From assembly GCA_951406725.2 (NCBI GenBank), contig OX597819.1, forward strand, positions 122,822,001 through 122,886,000: 64,000 bases of DNA, given 5' to 3'. This stretch comes from Octopus vulgaris. Its lineage: Eukaryota. Position numbers and translations under genes: made by a program. Under the pieces are notes generated by a model, which saw only the letters and a program-made list of their open reading frames with translations, was not told the DNA's origin and searched no databases. Positions 14,017 to 27,676 of this stretch are shown here, piece after piece. The stretch's first letter is position 1. Each line of letters begins with the position of its first letter.

Positions 14017-15735
14017 TATCGATAATAAGGAATAAAATGCCATAAATATTTTATTAGTGACGATTTTAATTTTTCCTGAGAAAGTACACACATATTACGG
14101 AACACATACGTGTGGCCTATGTGTCGCCGAAAATGTGGAGCACTGATTTCACCAACCAGGATGTTGGAGGAAGAGGTGATAGTGTTTTTATAAATTTACA
14201 TATATGAATATACAATCTCGATCAATTTAAATTATAAATTGGATAAATTACTGCCATAAGGTTTAGTATGTTTGTGTAGTGAATTGTCTCCTCTTTTGAT
14301 TTAGAAAGAATAATCATGAAAAATTTTAGAAAAATAACGCTGTGCATAATCTGAAAGTGATTTCATTGACAGAATTCTAGCATCTCTGTAACTTTTGAAT
14401 TCCCCTGAGATGATATTAGGAGAGTTCCCTTTTTCAGGCGATGGCAGTATACGTGATGTGACACCTCAATAATTATAATTTCATATTGGAAAAGGAGATA
14501 GATAAATAAAGTATCGAAGGAAGTTTTAATATTAACTCGCATCTGTTATTGTAATATACTGCTAAAGAAGTCCGTCGTGTATGTGTGTTCGTGTGTGTGT
14601 GTCTGTGTGTGAGAGTGTGTGTGCATTTGTGTGCTTCTCCTTTTGTCTGTGTTTGTTCTTCCATCTCTTGACAGCCAATGCTGGTTTGTTTACGACAACG
14701 TAACTCAGACGTTCGATGAAAGGAACCCGTAAGAATAAGGACTAATAAAATAAACGCGAATGCAGTGAGCGATTTGTTCAAATAAATCTCCATTTAAACT
14801 ATAACATATAAAACACATATCGCTTGGTAAGACCAAGAAAATCGATATCCATAACGTCATTTTCACAATTCACCCTACAAAATTTTGCTTCATCGCAACC
14901 AGCGAAAATGAATATCGACAAAACGTCTCACTAGCTGCGTACACCTATATACACATATCCACAGGCCAAGTGCATATACACAACACACATACACACACCT
15001 ACACATACATACACACACTCACACATCTTCTCAAATATGGTGCACGTTCCATAGACATGTTTCGTATTTATGATGATATTTATGTCGTACAATAACTGAA
15101 GAGCGCTAATTAACATCTTTCTAAGTAATATAATTACGTTCTTTTTTGAGATTTCCAGTTTCAGCTGATGCGATATGAAAGATGATATAATATTGCTCAA
15201 AATATTTCAAAATTATTCTATAATACGATACAAATATGTATTCACGTTATGTGCGCTCATAGACACTTGCACACAACAAAAATGCACAGACAATATAGCT
15301 AATCACAAACACGTGAACTTACATTAATTGAACAGAAATGCCTTTTCTTTATATATGTTTTTTATTTTAATTTACTTTACTTCAATAGAAATCCTTGCAG
15401 TTCTTTTTCATACTTGACCTATTTTTTTAAATGACCGACTTTCAAATCTAATCTTCTTATATTTAATTATCATCATTGCTTTTCTCTATTTTATGTGTTT
15501 GACCTCTGCATCTACCCATCTTTCCTTACAGACCATTAAATGTGTTTAGCTAAACTGTTGACATTAATCGGTTTTCGCTCCTGTGGCCTAAAGTCACTTT
15601 TTATTTAGACTTTTAATTACAATTGTAGTTCACTACTTAACTACCCACTTCTGATAACGAAGCTTTACCTTTTCGTATATAAATAGCAGACAGAAAAATA
15701 CCTCTAAAATATAACCTTAAATAAATGTTCATGTA

Positions 15736-16146
15736 GGCGCAGGAGTGGCTGTGTGGTAAGTAGCTTGCTAACCAACCACATGGTTCCGGGTTCAGTCCCA
15801 CTGCGTGGCATCTTGGGCAAGTGTCTTCTGCTATAGCCCGGGCCGACCAATGCCTTGTGAGTGGATTTGGTAGACGGAAACAGAAAGAAGCCTGTCGTAT
15901 ATATATAAGTGTGTGTGTATATGTTTGTGTGTCTGTGTTTGTCCTCCCAACATCGCTTGACAAGCGATACTGGTGTGTTTACGTCCCCGTCACTTAGCGG
16001 TTCGGCATAAGAGACCGATAGCATAAGTACTGGGCTTACAAAGAATAAGTCCCGGGATCGATTTACTCGACTAATGGCGGTGCTCCAGCATGGCCGCAGT
16101 CAAAATGACTGAAACAAGTAAAAGAGTAAAAAAGAGTAAAAGAGTA
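15736..16146 (+). mobile_element. SINE family A, full length
   Basis: Complete head through tail. Confidence 0.92.
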
Positions 16147-16853
16147 TGTATTTATAGGCTCAGATTAGCGACAAGAATAAGATTGAACACAAAGTAATGC
16201 ATAAAATGCAATTACTAGTCAGACACTCGTTGAGAGAAGAAGAAAATAGGTGTTTTTTGACATTGCGAACTGGATCTCTTCTGCAGGAAGTTTTGTAGTT
16301 AGAAGAAAGGGGAAAAAAAAACGTATAAAGCAAGGAAAGAGAAAACAAAAAGGCAAAAGGACAAAGATAAAAATAAATGGAAAAAAGGGATTAACGGGAA
16401 AATATAGAAGTCCGTCGTGTATTTGTGTATGTGTGCGTGTGTTTGTGTGTGTGTCTGTGTGTGTGAGTGTGTGTGCGTTTGTGTTCTTCTTGTGTCTGTG
16501 TTTGTTCTTTCATCTCTTGACAGCCAATGCTGGTTTGTTTACGACAACGTAACTTAGACTTTCGATGAAAGGAACCAGTAAATATAAGGACTAGAGTTAA
16601 AATAAACGCGATTGCAGTGGGCGATTTGTTCAAATAAACCCTTCAAGGCAGTGTCCCCAACCTCGCTGCAGTCCAATTACTGAAAGAAACAAAAGGAAAC
16701 AGGTAAATTAATCCAGGTAAGCAAGTAGACGCAATTTTTAAAGTACAAAACACGGGGCTTTCACTGCAGGGTGCAATGAAGATCAACTCGGGAAGTTTTG
16801 TCAGTCATTTCCATCACGTTAGAAATGTTTATTCCAAGGATAAGAACGAGGGG

Positions 16854-16901
<48 letters not shown>

Positions 16902-17072
16902 GGGAGAGAGAGAGAGAGGGAGAGAGGGAGAGAGAGGGAGAACGATAACAGGTGCTACATTTTATCATTTTCCTCTCAGTCTGTTTGTTAGGGTTGCAGA
17001 AGAACTATACAAAACCTATATAAAAGGCAAGTTACATTAGATAATGTAGTCTTGCATGACCCTTCAAATAAG

Positions 17073-17325
17073 TGTGGAGTCACATGGCCTAGTGGTTAGA
17101 GCAGCGGACTCGTGGTCTAGAGATCGCGGGTTCGAATCTCAGACCGGGCGATGTGTGTGTTTACGAGCGAAACAGAGCCGAACTTCTAATGGCGAACTTC
17201 TGCTGACTCTTTCGCCACAGCTTTCTCTCATTCTTTCCTCCTGCATCTTGCAGCTCACCTGCGACGGACCGGCGTTCCGTCCAGGTGGGGAACTTCTACG
17301 CCAAGGAAACCGGCCCTTATGAGGA
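17073..17325 (+). mobile_element. SINE family C, tail type 3
   Basis: tRNA head TGGCCTAGTGGTTAGAGCAGCGGAC...GGTTCGAATC plus the GCGACGGACCGGCGTTCCGTCCAGG segment. Confidence 0.85.
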
Positions 17326-17744
17326 TGATATGGAACTATTGAGGATGATATGGAACTAAACAACAACCCAACAGCAGAAACTGTAGTAGGAAGACAAACA
17401 ACACCACTGAAAATAACCAAAATAGCAACAACGACAAACACAAATAACTCACGGGTGTGTGTATGAAGAGCCTTGTAAAGAAAATCGCATGTTTGATCTA
17501 TAATTTAATTGCAGGAATATTATATTAAATTACGTTTTCATAGGTTTGCTTTAATAAAATATTTTTAATTGTAAATTATTTACAATGTTAAAAGATGTAT
17601 TTAAACATAAATGCCATAATTTTAGATTAATGTTATATATTTGCAAAAATATGTCCGAGTTGTATGCATGTCTATATGTATGTATATGCATGTGTATGTA
17701 TGAATATGAATATATATTATAGAGTATTTATGATTATATATATA

Positions 17745-17802
<58 letters not shown>

Positions 17803-17918
17803 GTTATACATGTATTTATGAATATTTATTGTATATATGCATAGTATATCTATGCAGACAAACATAATATCCATGCGTTCTTATAGAGAAATTTAATGCC
17901 TCCATGCATATGTGAGCG

Positions 17919-18021
<103 letters not shown>

Positions 18022-18883
18022 TATATGTATGTACCAATTTAAAAATTAGATGCTCATTCGCCCACGCACTCAGAAATAATCAAATGTACAAATGCACACA
18101 CAGATACATAAATATATATAAAAATTAAATACACATGCATAAATTATTTTATTTACATCATTTCTTTCCGCATTTTCTTTTAATTTCGACCAATTAGATT
18201 TCTTTGCCTTACCTCTTACCCCCACCCCACTCCATCACAATTTTCTACAGTTTCTTCAGATTAAAACTTTTTCTGTCTTGTAATTGACTTAATGTCATTC
18301 ATTTAGAGACTATTACTAAACAATCACATCGCATTTGATTTCCAGTGGGCAGCAGGGAAAATTAGCTTTAATGTTTGAAAAATTCTCTTCTTTAAAATTG
18401 CTCCTCTAATCAGTATCATTACACGTGTCTTTTTCTTGTTTTTTGTTCTTGTTAACGAAGATACAAAAATGTCATATAATGACACAGTTCCCAAATAGCA
18501 ATTCCCAGTATTTTATATTTTTTCTTAAAGAATTTCCAAAACAGGCCAAAATATGAAAACAATTAAATTATTAATTTGATCCCAAATGGAAGTTTTTTTT
18601 CTTTTTGTTTTAATTACTGGATGTACTAGCTTTCCATATCGGTTGGTATCAATCAAGCAGAAGATGGTAGCGATAAACAGCTTAAAATAATGTGTTGCGA
18701 TATGAAAATTGTTAATTACCCATTGCTGTCATGTTGGGGAGTATCAAGTACATGTAACTGACGAAACGTTTTTAGAAAGGTTCCTATTGATTTCTATAAA
18801 TTTCTCTTTAAAAATGTTTTTCTTTACACCGCACGCGTTGACAGACACACACTCAAAAGTACATGTATGTATGCAAGCGAGCG

Positions 18884-18953
<70 letters not shown>

Positions 18954-18954
<1 letters not shown>

Positions 18955-19073
18955 TTTTTTTACGATCCCTTTTGATCGAAAACCTACCCCACCTTTTTTC
19001 TCACCAAAAAGAAAAGCTCTACTTTGTAATTTGTCCCCTCTGTGTTCAGCTTTGTGTGGCTAATAAAAAAACA

Positions 19074-19075
<2 letters not shown>
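18954..19075 (+). mobile_element. 3'-end-only copy of the Tx1/L1-like element inside (TATC)n
   Basis: TACGATCCC..TTGATCGAAAACCTAC...AAAGCTCTAC.TTGTAA.TTGTCCC...AATAAA matches ~20401-20544; TATC repeats on both sides. Confidence 0.85.
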
Positions 19076-19130
<55 letters not shown>

Positions 19131-20543
19131 GGAAAGGATGCGTCCCGATGGTCAGGCGATCCATTTGCTGTCAACACCCGTTAAAAGGAGGACTGGGCAT
19201 GCCGTGGTTGATGATGCGCAGACACGCGCTGAGACTGCGACATCTCAGGATCTTCGTAGACGACGGTGAACAGGTGTGGTCGCCGTTTGTGAGGCACGCT
19301 TTCCCGCAGCTCGTCTCCTTGATCGAACTGCAGTCGTGGATCAAAAAGAGGCCGAGGAAGGGCGAATGGCACCGCGAGTGTCGCGATGCTCTCAAGCAAC
19401 TCTGCCGTCCTGGGTCGACCTTGAGTGACTTCAACACAACCAAAGCATTCTATAGGGGATTAGTGGAGGGGAGGTACGACGACGAGCTCGGGGCGAACCT
19501 GGACGTCGACGAGGAGTACCTGACCCGCCTGTTCAGGACGACTTTCGGGCCAGGGCCCATGGACAACTTCCAGAGATCCCTGGCCTGGCAGTGCTACCGA
19601 GAAGCGCTACCCGTTCGGAATAAGCTCTACAGACACGGCTCGAGAAACACGGGGCCGACCTGCCCGAGATGCGGTCAGAGTGACGAAACCGTTCTGCACG
19701 CACTCGTGCAGTGTCCAACAATTTCCGACCTGTGGGCTTATGTCGAACAACTGCTTTCACGTGTGGGACGAGTCGGTTTATCAGCTGAGTCTATCGTCAA
19801 TATTGTCACGCCTCCTTCCTTCAAACGGGAAGGAAGAGCTATTTTCATCATCCTTGTGGCTATGGCGAAAGAATGTATCTGGTGGACGCGTCTGAAAGGA
19901 TTGGAGACAAACACTTTCCTCTCTGGTCAATCTCTCATCAACTTCTTCAAGTACCACTTGAAAAGGAAAGTGAGAGTAGAGAGGCAAGTTTTGTCTAGCG
20001 AATGTTTTAAAAAAAGATGGGTGAATGTAGCAAGGATGGCACGTATGAATGACGAAGCCACCTTGAGCATAATCCTATGAACCCGAGAAATTTAAAACAA
20101 AGGGTTACCTACATGCAAACAAATGTGGTAACATATAAAAATGTTGACCAAGGTTAACGTGGTCTTTTTCGTAGGCTTTTCTTCCCAGGGATAAACCTTA
20201 CTTGCTTTCCCCTTTACACCATATATCATAACACTGTGATACACGATCCCTATTGATCGTTTTTTTCCTCTTCCCCTTTTTCCCCCTTTTTCTTCTTTTT
20301 TCATTTCTCTTTTCTTCTGTTCCTTTTCCTTTTCTTTTTTTTCTTTTTATTTTTTTTATTTTTTATTTTATTTATTTATTTTTTTGTTCTTTTCTTCCCT
20401 TTTACGATCCCTCTTGATCGAAAACCTACGCCACCCCTTTTTTTGTTTCTTTTGTTTTTTGTTTTTTTTCATCGCCCAAAAGAAAAGCTCTACCTTGTAA
20501 CTTGTCCCATCTGTGTGCAGCCCGGTGTGGCCAATAAAGAAAC

Positions 20544-20544
<1 letters not shown>
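19131..20544 (+). mobile_element. 5'-truncated Tx1/L1-clade LINE (ORF2 C-terminus plus 3' UTR) inside (TATC)n
   Basis: Long ORF, T-rich 3' UTR, AATAAA just before the TATC array; TATC also directly upstream. Confidence 0.9.
19148..20080 (+). CDS. Tx1/L1-type ORF2 C-terminal fragment (post-RT region with CCHC zf-RVT domain)
   Basis: 310 aa open frame with GGLGMP, LAWQCYREALPVR and CPRCGQSDETVLHALVQC (Cx2C-x7-H-x4-C); lacks the EN and RT core, so it is a truncated fragment. Confidence 0.85.
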   Translation: MVRRSICCQHPLKGGLGMPWLMMRRHALRLRHLRIFVDDGEQVWSPFVRHAFPQLVSLIELQSWIKKRPRKGEWHRECRDALKQLCRPGSTLSDFNTTKAFYRGLVEGRYDDELGANLDVDEEYLTRLFRTTFGPGPMDNFQRSLAWQCYREALPVRNKLYRHGSRNTGPTCPRCGQSDETVLHALVQCPTISDLWAYVEQLLSRVGRVGLSAESIVNIVTPPSFKREGRAIFIILVAMAKECIWWTRLKGLETNTFLSGQSLINFFKYHLKRKVRVERQVLSSECFKKRWVNVARMARMNDEATLSIIL

Positions 20545-20995
<451 letters not shown>

Positions 20996-21094
20996 CCAGT
21001 CAGCAAGTCACTTTCTTCAGGAAACGCAATTTGTTCCTTACGAACTATTCGTTCCTTGACTTTGATGTGTGAGGTCAGAGAGATATTTTAGCAT

Positions 21095-22620
21095 CTGCTC
21101 TGTTCTCTCCTTTATGGATAGGGAATATTATTCCTTCCTTCAGTTTGTCTGGAAGCTACCATTTGCAAGAAAGCTCTGAAAATGACGCTTCAGTGGTTTT
21201 GCAAGGGCTCGTTTGCACGATTTGAGAAGGATTGCTGGGAATCCATCAGGACCAGCAGCTGAGTTTGTGCCAACTTCATCTACGGCAAGTGTTACATCTT
21301 CTTTAATGTTATAATCAATTATCACCTCTTTGGTTACAAGTAAAGAGACAAAGAATTCTGAAGGTTTGTTCACTTGCCTGTGTCTCCGAAGTGTAGCGAA
21401 CACACTTTGGAAGTGTTTGTTCAGTATTTCCCTTATCCTCATTGGGCTTCCTGTGAGGGAACCGTCTTTGTGGAAGAAAGGTCCTATCTTGTGGTGCACT
21501 GAGGCTGTTTGTTTGGCAAACTTAAAGAAAGCTTTAGCGTTCAACTTGATATTTTCTATAACCCAAGCTTCCTTATATGCACTCGTGAGATTGATGCAGA
21601 TTTATCTCAATCTCCAACAACGTCCTCTCCAGCTGAGTCTTTTCCCTACTTTTGAAGTGCTTGTTCAGGCTGTTCGTAATCTTTGTTCGTCAACTTTCCC
21701 TAGGGATCTTGTTTTTGTATATGTAGGCCTTGTGCTCTGGGACAGATTTGTCACATATCGCTTGCATTACGGACATGAATATGTGTTTCATGTCAATGTC
21801 TGGTGTGGAGAGACATTTAGGCCAATCTTGTTTGAAGATCTCTTTCTCAACCAACGTCCAGTTTGCTTTATGAAAATTCAGTTTGGAGAAATTTGGGGTG
21901 CTTTGTGTAGGCTGCACGTTTGCAGGGGCTTTTGGTCCATACAAAGACAGCTCTATTATGTTGTGATCCGAGACCAGCGTCGGTGTCACTTTAACATAAT
22001 GGATATTGTCCATATTGTTTGTGAAGCAGAGATCCAGTGTATTATTTACTATTGTTGGTTGCCGCACAGTTTGCTCCACAAAAGAAGCACTGATAATGTG
22101 GAGTAGGGACTTCCTGGTGTATCAATCCTGGGAGCATCTGGCCTTAGACCATCCCACACTAAGAAAAAACAGAGAGCAGATAAGGAAGCTTAGGTTATAG
22201 AAAATACCAAGTTGAATGCTAAAGATTTCTTTAAATTTGCCAAAGACCAGCTCACGTGCTGCTCCAGTTTGCTGAGAAATCCTATCTTTACTAGGCAGTC
22301 TTTATAATTGTCTGTATAATTTGGAGCATCCGGTGGGTGATATGTGGTACATATAACAATATTTAGTTAAGTGTAACACACTGAATTTGAATATTATAGT
22401 AGGCCCTGTGCTCTGAGGTTCTCTTGGATGTACACAGCAACTCCACCATGGCTCTTTTCTCTTCAATCTGAGCGCATGGCAACATCTTGTGGTATGTGTA
22501 TTTTTTCATGCCCTATATGAGGTCTAAGATCTGAGATTGCATGCACGAAGGTATCTCAGGAACGAGACTTTTGTGTTACAGTTGACATGCAACGGCCCTC
22601 CGATATTTAGAAGAAATATT
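21095..22620 (-). pseudogene. Degenerate CR1/L2-group LINE ORF2 (APE endonuclease to the start of RT)
   Basis: GGVAVYI, QTVRQPTIVNNTLDLCFTNN, SDHNII, LNFHKANW, NAKAFFKFAK, ILNKHFQSVF, SAAGPDGFPAILLK; many frameshifts. Confidence 0.85.
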
Positions 22621-22791
22621 TTGTGACACACACATATATATATATATATACATATGCGTATATATATATGCATGCATATACATTTATCTGTCTGTCTATC
22701 TATCTATATATCTGTATATATATGCATGTATTATATAGATAGATAGATGCATACATACATAAATAAATACATGCAAATACACACATACACG

Positions 22792-22824
<33 letters not shown>

Positions 22825-22826
<2 letters not shown>

Positions 22827-23262
22827 TCTTTTACTCTTTACTCTTTTACTTGTTTCAGTCATTTGACTGCGGCCATGCTGGAGCACCGCCTTTAGTCGAG
22901 CAAATCGACCCCGGGACTTATTCTTTGTAAGCCCAGTACTTATTCTATCAGTCTCTTTTACCGAACCGCTAAGTGACGGGAATATAAACACACCAGCATC
23001 GGTTGTCAAGCAATTCTATCGGTCTTTTTTTGCTGAACCGCTAAGTGACGGGGATGAAAACACACCAGACACTCAAACATATACACACACATACATATAT
23101 ACATATATACATATATACGACAGGCTTCTTTCAGTTTCCGTCTACCAAATCCACTCACAAGGCATTGGTCGGCCCGGGGCTATAGCAGAAGACACTTGCC
23201 TAAGATGCCACGCAGTGGGACTGGACCCGGAACCATGTGGTTGGTTAGCAAGCTACTTACCA
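22825..23262 (-). mobile_element. SINE family A with an internal duplication
   Basis: Reverse match; the segment TTCTATC.GTCT...AACCGCTAAGTGACGGG occurs twice. Confidence 0.9.
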
Positions 23263-23499
23263 CTCCATATATGTATGCATGTATATGCATATATACCTAG
23301 ATGCCAAAGACCAACACTCAGACAAATGCATGAGTACGTCCTCGTAAGTGAAACATAATCGGCACTAAATAGGAAATATACGTAGAAGGTATACTCACAG
23401 TTTATATTACAAGGTAGAGTTGTTAGTAGGCTGTTATGTAAACGTTTATATATATATATATATATATATAACCTGGATATTTTTTTAGGTTTCGGCCAG

Positions 23500-23735
23500 T
23501 AGAGGCCCATGCCGTGTCTAACTTAACAGCACGACCGCGTGAAGCCTTTTAGTCGCATATAGGGCCCAATGGCCCATTCTAGCTAAGAGTTATTATTGTT
23601 GGAGAGATATCCGGCTGTAGGAGTTTTGCACGGTGTCTTTTAAAGAAATTTGTCCAGTGAACTTTTCAATTTTATGGAATCTGTTTCCGTTTTGACGTAT
23701 TTTGGTATGGTATGAAAGAGAGCTGGATCTGTTGA
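23500..23735 (-). mobile_element. CR1-like LINE 3' end remnant
   Basis: PALFHTIPKYVKTETDSIKLKSSLDKFL is a typical CR1 ORF2 C-terminus; a related remnant lies at ~51330-51640 (+). Confidence 0.65.
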
Positions 23736-23752
23736 ACACATATATACATACA

Positions 23753-23816
<64 letters not shown>

Positions 23817-24030
23817 AATATGGGTGTGTGTGATTGTGTCAGTCAAAAATTGTGAAGCATGACTGTTACCACTACTACATGAACCCGAAGATTGCAGAAT
23901 TTAATGCATGAAAGTACTAGTTCAATCAGAATGAACATTTAACATTCTACTATTTTATTTTATTCTATTATATTATATTATTATAAGATTGTAAATAAAA
24001 CGTGAAAACCAGACAAGGTTGGAATTCCTT

Positions 24031-24084
<54 letters not shown>

Positions 24085-24085
<1 letters not shown>

Positions 24086-24216
24086 TACATAAATATAAGA
24101 GGGAACCACTATGTAGAAACCCTTACGCTAGAAGAATATCCGCTATGGTTTCAACCATCTTCTAGCGTAAGGGTTTCCACATGGTGGTTAAAAAATTCCC
24201 CCTTATATTTATGTAT
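24085..24216. repeat. Foldback inverted repeat next to (TA)n (putative Penelope-like terminus)
   Basis: ACCAC-TATGTAGAAACCCTTACGCTAGAAGA pairs imperfectly with TCTTCTAGCGTAAGGGTTTCCACATGGTGGT. Confidence 0.7.
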
Positions 24217-24315
24217 GAAATACTATTTACTGAATCTCGGTTTTTTTATATGCTAGACCACTGGTGTTAAAACTGCTGTTATCAAATTAATATCCAATTT
24301 TTCACCCTCATTTTG

Positions 24316-24382
<67 letters not shown>

Positions 24383-24394
24383 TATATTTATAAA

Positions 24395-24561
24395 TAAATA
24401 AAAGAGTGGAGTTGAACGACGATTTAACAAAATTCCTTTATTCTCGACATATGTTTCGAAGGCTGCATATTCGAAATTAGGAATATGCAGCCTTCGAAAC
24501 ATATGTCGAGAATAAAGGAATTTTGTTAAATCGTCGTTCAACTCCATTCTTTCATTTATTT
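24395..24561. repeat. Long near-perfect foldback derived from a Penelope-like terminal repeat
   Basis: Arms of ~75 bp (GAGTGGAGTTGAACGACG...GCTGCATATTC / GAATATGCAGC...CGTCGTTCAACTCCATTC) with an 8-nt loop. Confidence 0.85.
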
Positions 24562-24704
24562 GTATTAAAAAAACACAAATTTCCACACGTAAGCACGTGA
24601 TCTCTGCCCTTGGCATGTAGCTTCAACTGTGTTTTTCTAACGTAAATTTGCTACCCAGGTATCGGTTAACCGAATTATCCATACTAAGATAATTCATTCA
24701 ACTA

Positions 24705-24755
<51 letters not shown>

Positions 24756-25472
24756 TGTGTGTGTGTGTGTGTGTAGGTAAATGGGTATCTACGTAAACAG
24801 ATAGGTAGATAAGTACATAGATAATACGGACAAACGGGCACACTTCACACATACACACATATATCAATATATGTGTATGTATAGTCATGAATATGTATAT
24901 ATATACACACATATATATACATGTATATATATGTACATATACATATATATATAATTATATATATATACTTATAGGCATATATATATATATATATTCATAT
25001 ATATGTCCATGTGTATATAACATATATATATATATATATATATTCATATACATATATTATTCGTTACAATCATGGAATAATTTTTATATAAATATATTTT
25101 AGATACAAGCAAATTTGCGTTAAAACAAAACGAACATTCTTAAAAACCCTTTAGATTATTCTCAATCACCAGTTCGTATATCACGATATTAATCAGTTAA
25201 AAAATGTAATGAACTCTGGTATTCTGGGCGTCTTTCATTCATTAACGATGAACGCAATGAACCCTCGTTAACAACCAACCTATTTTCTAATTACATTTCC
25301 CCCATCTCCGGCACAAAACAATCAAAGAGTTCTATTTCCTTAATGCTTTTTATGCTAATACATAAAACGAGTCTACGATCCTAATCAGTGAGTGAGTGTG
25401 TATGTATATATGCATGCAGGTATCTATGTATGCACACACGTATATATTTATATATATGCATAATCACACACG

Positions 25473-25510
<38 letters not shown>

Positions 25511-25606
25511 CAGAGAGACAGAGCTATACAATTATGTGTAGATTCGTTATTTGCATGTGTAATGTATAAAATCTACAAAACTTATACCACAAGCTTGTAT
25601 ATTCTG

Positions 25607-25985
25607 AAGCCATGCTGGAGTACTGCCATGACCGGATGTAGATGAAAAAATCCATACTCGGACTTATTTTTTAAGCCATGAAATTGTAGTATCGGTTTCT
25701 TTCGCCGAACCGCTAAGTTGCGGGGTTATAAACACAGCAACACCGGTTGTAAAGCGGTGATGAACACACACACACAAACACACACACACACACAAACACA
25801 CGCACACACACAAACACACACACACACACACACACATGTATAACGAGTTTCTTTCAATTTCCCTCTACAAGTTCCACTCACAACGCTTTAGTCTGTCCGA
25901 GGCTCTAATAGAAGACACTTGCCCAAGGTGCCACACAGTGCGACTGAACCCGGAACCATGTTGGGAATCAATACAGCCACATAGC
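25607..25985 (-). mobile_element. SINE family A, diverged copy
   Basis: Reverse match to the A consensus. Confidence 0.8.
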
Positions 25986-26028
25986 CACATTTATATACAC
26001 ACATACACACACACACACATATATATAT

Positions 26029-26124
<96 letters not shown>

Positions 26125-26661
26125 TATATATGTTTTTAGGCCTGCTGTAATGCTTATTCGATGTCCTGTTAATGGAATCAATATTTAGGACTTGCAGGCA
26201 AAATCTTGTCAAATCACACGATCCTCAAATTTTAAGCTGATTCTGAGTCTCTTGAAATATTCTCAGAAAGCTGACTTAATTAGCATGTAATTGTAACACA
26301 TCCAGCTTCATCTACTTATTCTCTGTTAAGAGGGAATTCAATCATAACTTCCTGCAACGGAGTATCTGTGACTCTCATTGAACAGCAGAAGAAATACAAT
26401 ACGTATCTCGAGGGAAGAAGCCAACATCATCCAACATTTCTTCCTAGGGCGCATACAGCTTAAGAAATCATGCTGTATACATCCCTGTAGAGCATGCATA
26501 AGAAATGTAATACCGCTTGGGGATTGGCCATGGAAATTATCGCTTGTTTTTCATAGTCAGTCTGTATTGAGATTAATGGTTTATTTCAATTATTCCTTAA
26601 AGAATCACATATGACTTGTGTTCAGGATTCAAAAATATTCCTACATCATTTTCCACACTCT

Positions 26662-27065
26662 TCATCATCATCATTATTCGACCGTGGTCGAGACAATAGA
26701 ATTTACTATGCTACGCCAGACTTCACGGCCCATCATAGCATTACCGAGGTCCTGTTGCTGGATGCCTGTATCCCTGGAGATTACATCAGGGTAGAAGAGT
26801 GTGTGCCCTCTGGTATCGCGAGCAGATGGCTTCCAGAGGAGAAAAGTAGAAATTACCTCGTTTTCAGCTCTACAACAATGTCCAGCAAACTGGACACTTC
26901 TACCTTTCACAAGAGATGATACAGGTGGTAGTTTCCCATATATTTGTACTTTGGTTGGATGACGCTTCTACGAGAGATTTTGAGCTCTCATAAGGAGGCG
27001 AGTGTAAGTTCCATCTAACCGCCTCTCAAGCTTCTTTGATAACGTCCATGTTTCTGAGCCATATA
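26662..27065 (-). pseudogene. RTE-clade LINE 3' remnant
   Basis: YGSETWTLSKKLERRLDGTYTRLL and FAGHCCRAENEVIS..LLWKP...AMMGREVWRSIV; short (ATG)n tail. Confidence 0.8.
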
Positions 27066-27676
27066 GATGGATCTGAGCCATATGGATGGATCTGCTCAGT
27101 GCAGCGATGAGAGTTCAGTTATTTTAGCGATGAAGCACTGTGGTCGGTGTGATAATGGTATATCGTTTAAAATACAGGCACCGTACACTGAAGCCCTTCT
27201 GGAATGAAATCTCTACGTCCCGAGTTCGTACTTATGACTTAGCGGTTCTAAAATCAACTATTTCACAAAACATAATTCGGGAGACACGCATGCGTATATA
27301 CATATGTGAAGTGCAGATTCACATATGCGCGCACACACAGACACACATGATATGTGTGTATGCGTACGTGTGAACATCTTTTTGTGTGGTTCGACTGTGG
27401 CTTTCCACACTAGACAAAAGTAAAAAAGAGACCCTAGCTTATTAAAGTTTTCTCAAACACCAGTTTATAAATATTTGCTTCAAATTTTAGAGCAAAATCA
27501 GCAATTTTGTGTGACGGGGAGAAGCCGATTAAATCAACCCAATACTCAATTGTTACTTATTTTATCGACCTCGAAAGGATGAAAGGTAAAATCGACCTCG
27601 GTGGAATTTGAACTCAGAACGAAAAGACGTACAAAATACCGATGCATGGCTGTGTGGTAAGAAACTCGCTTCTCAT

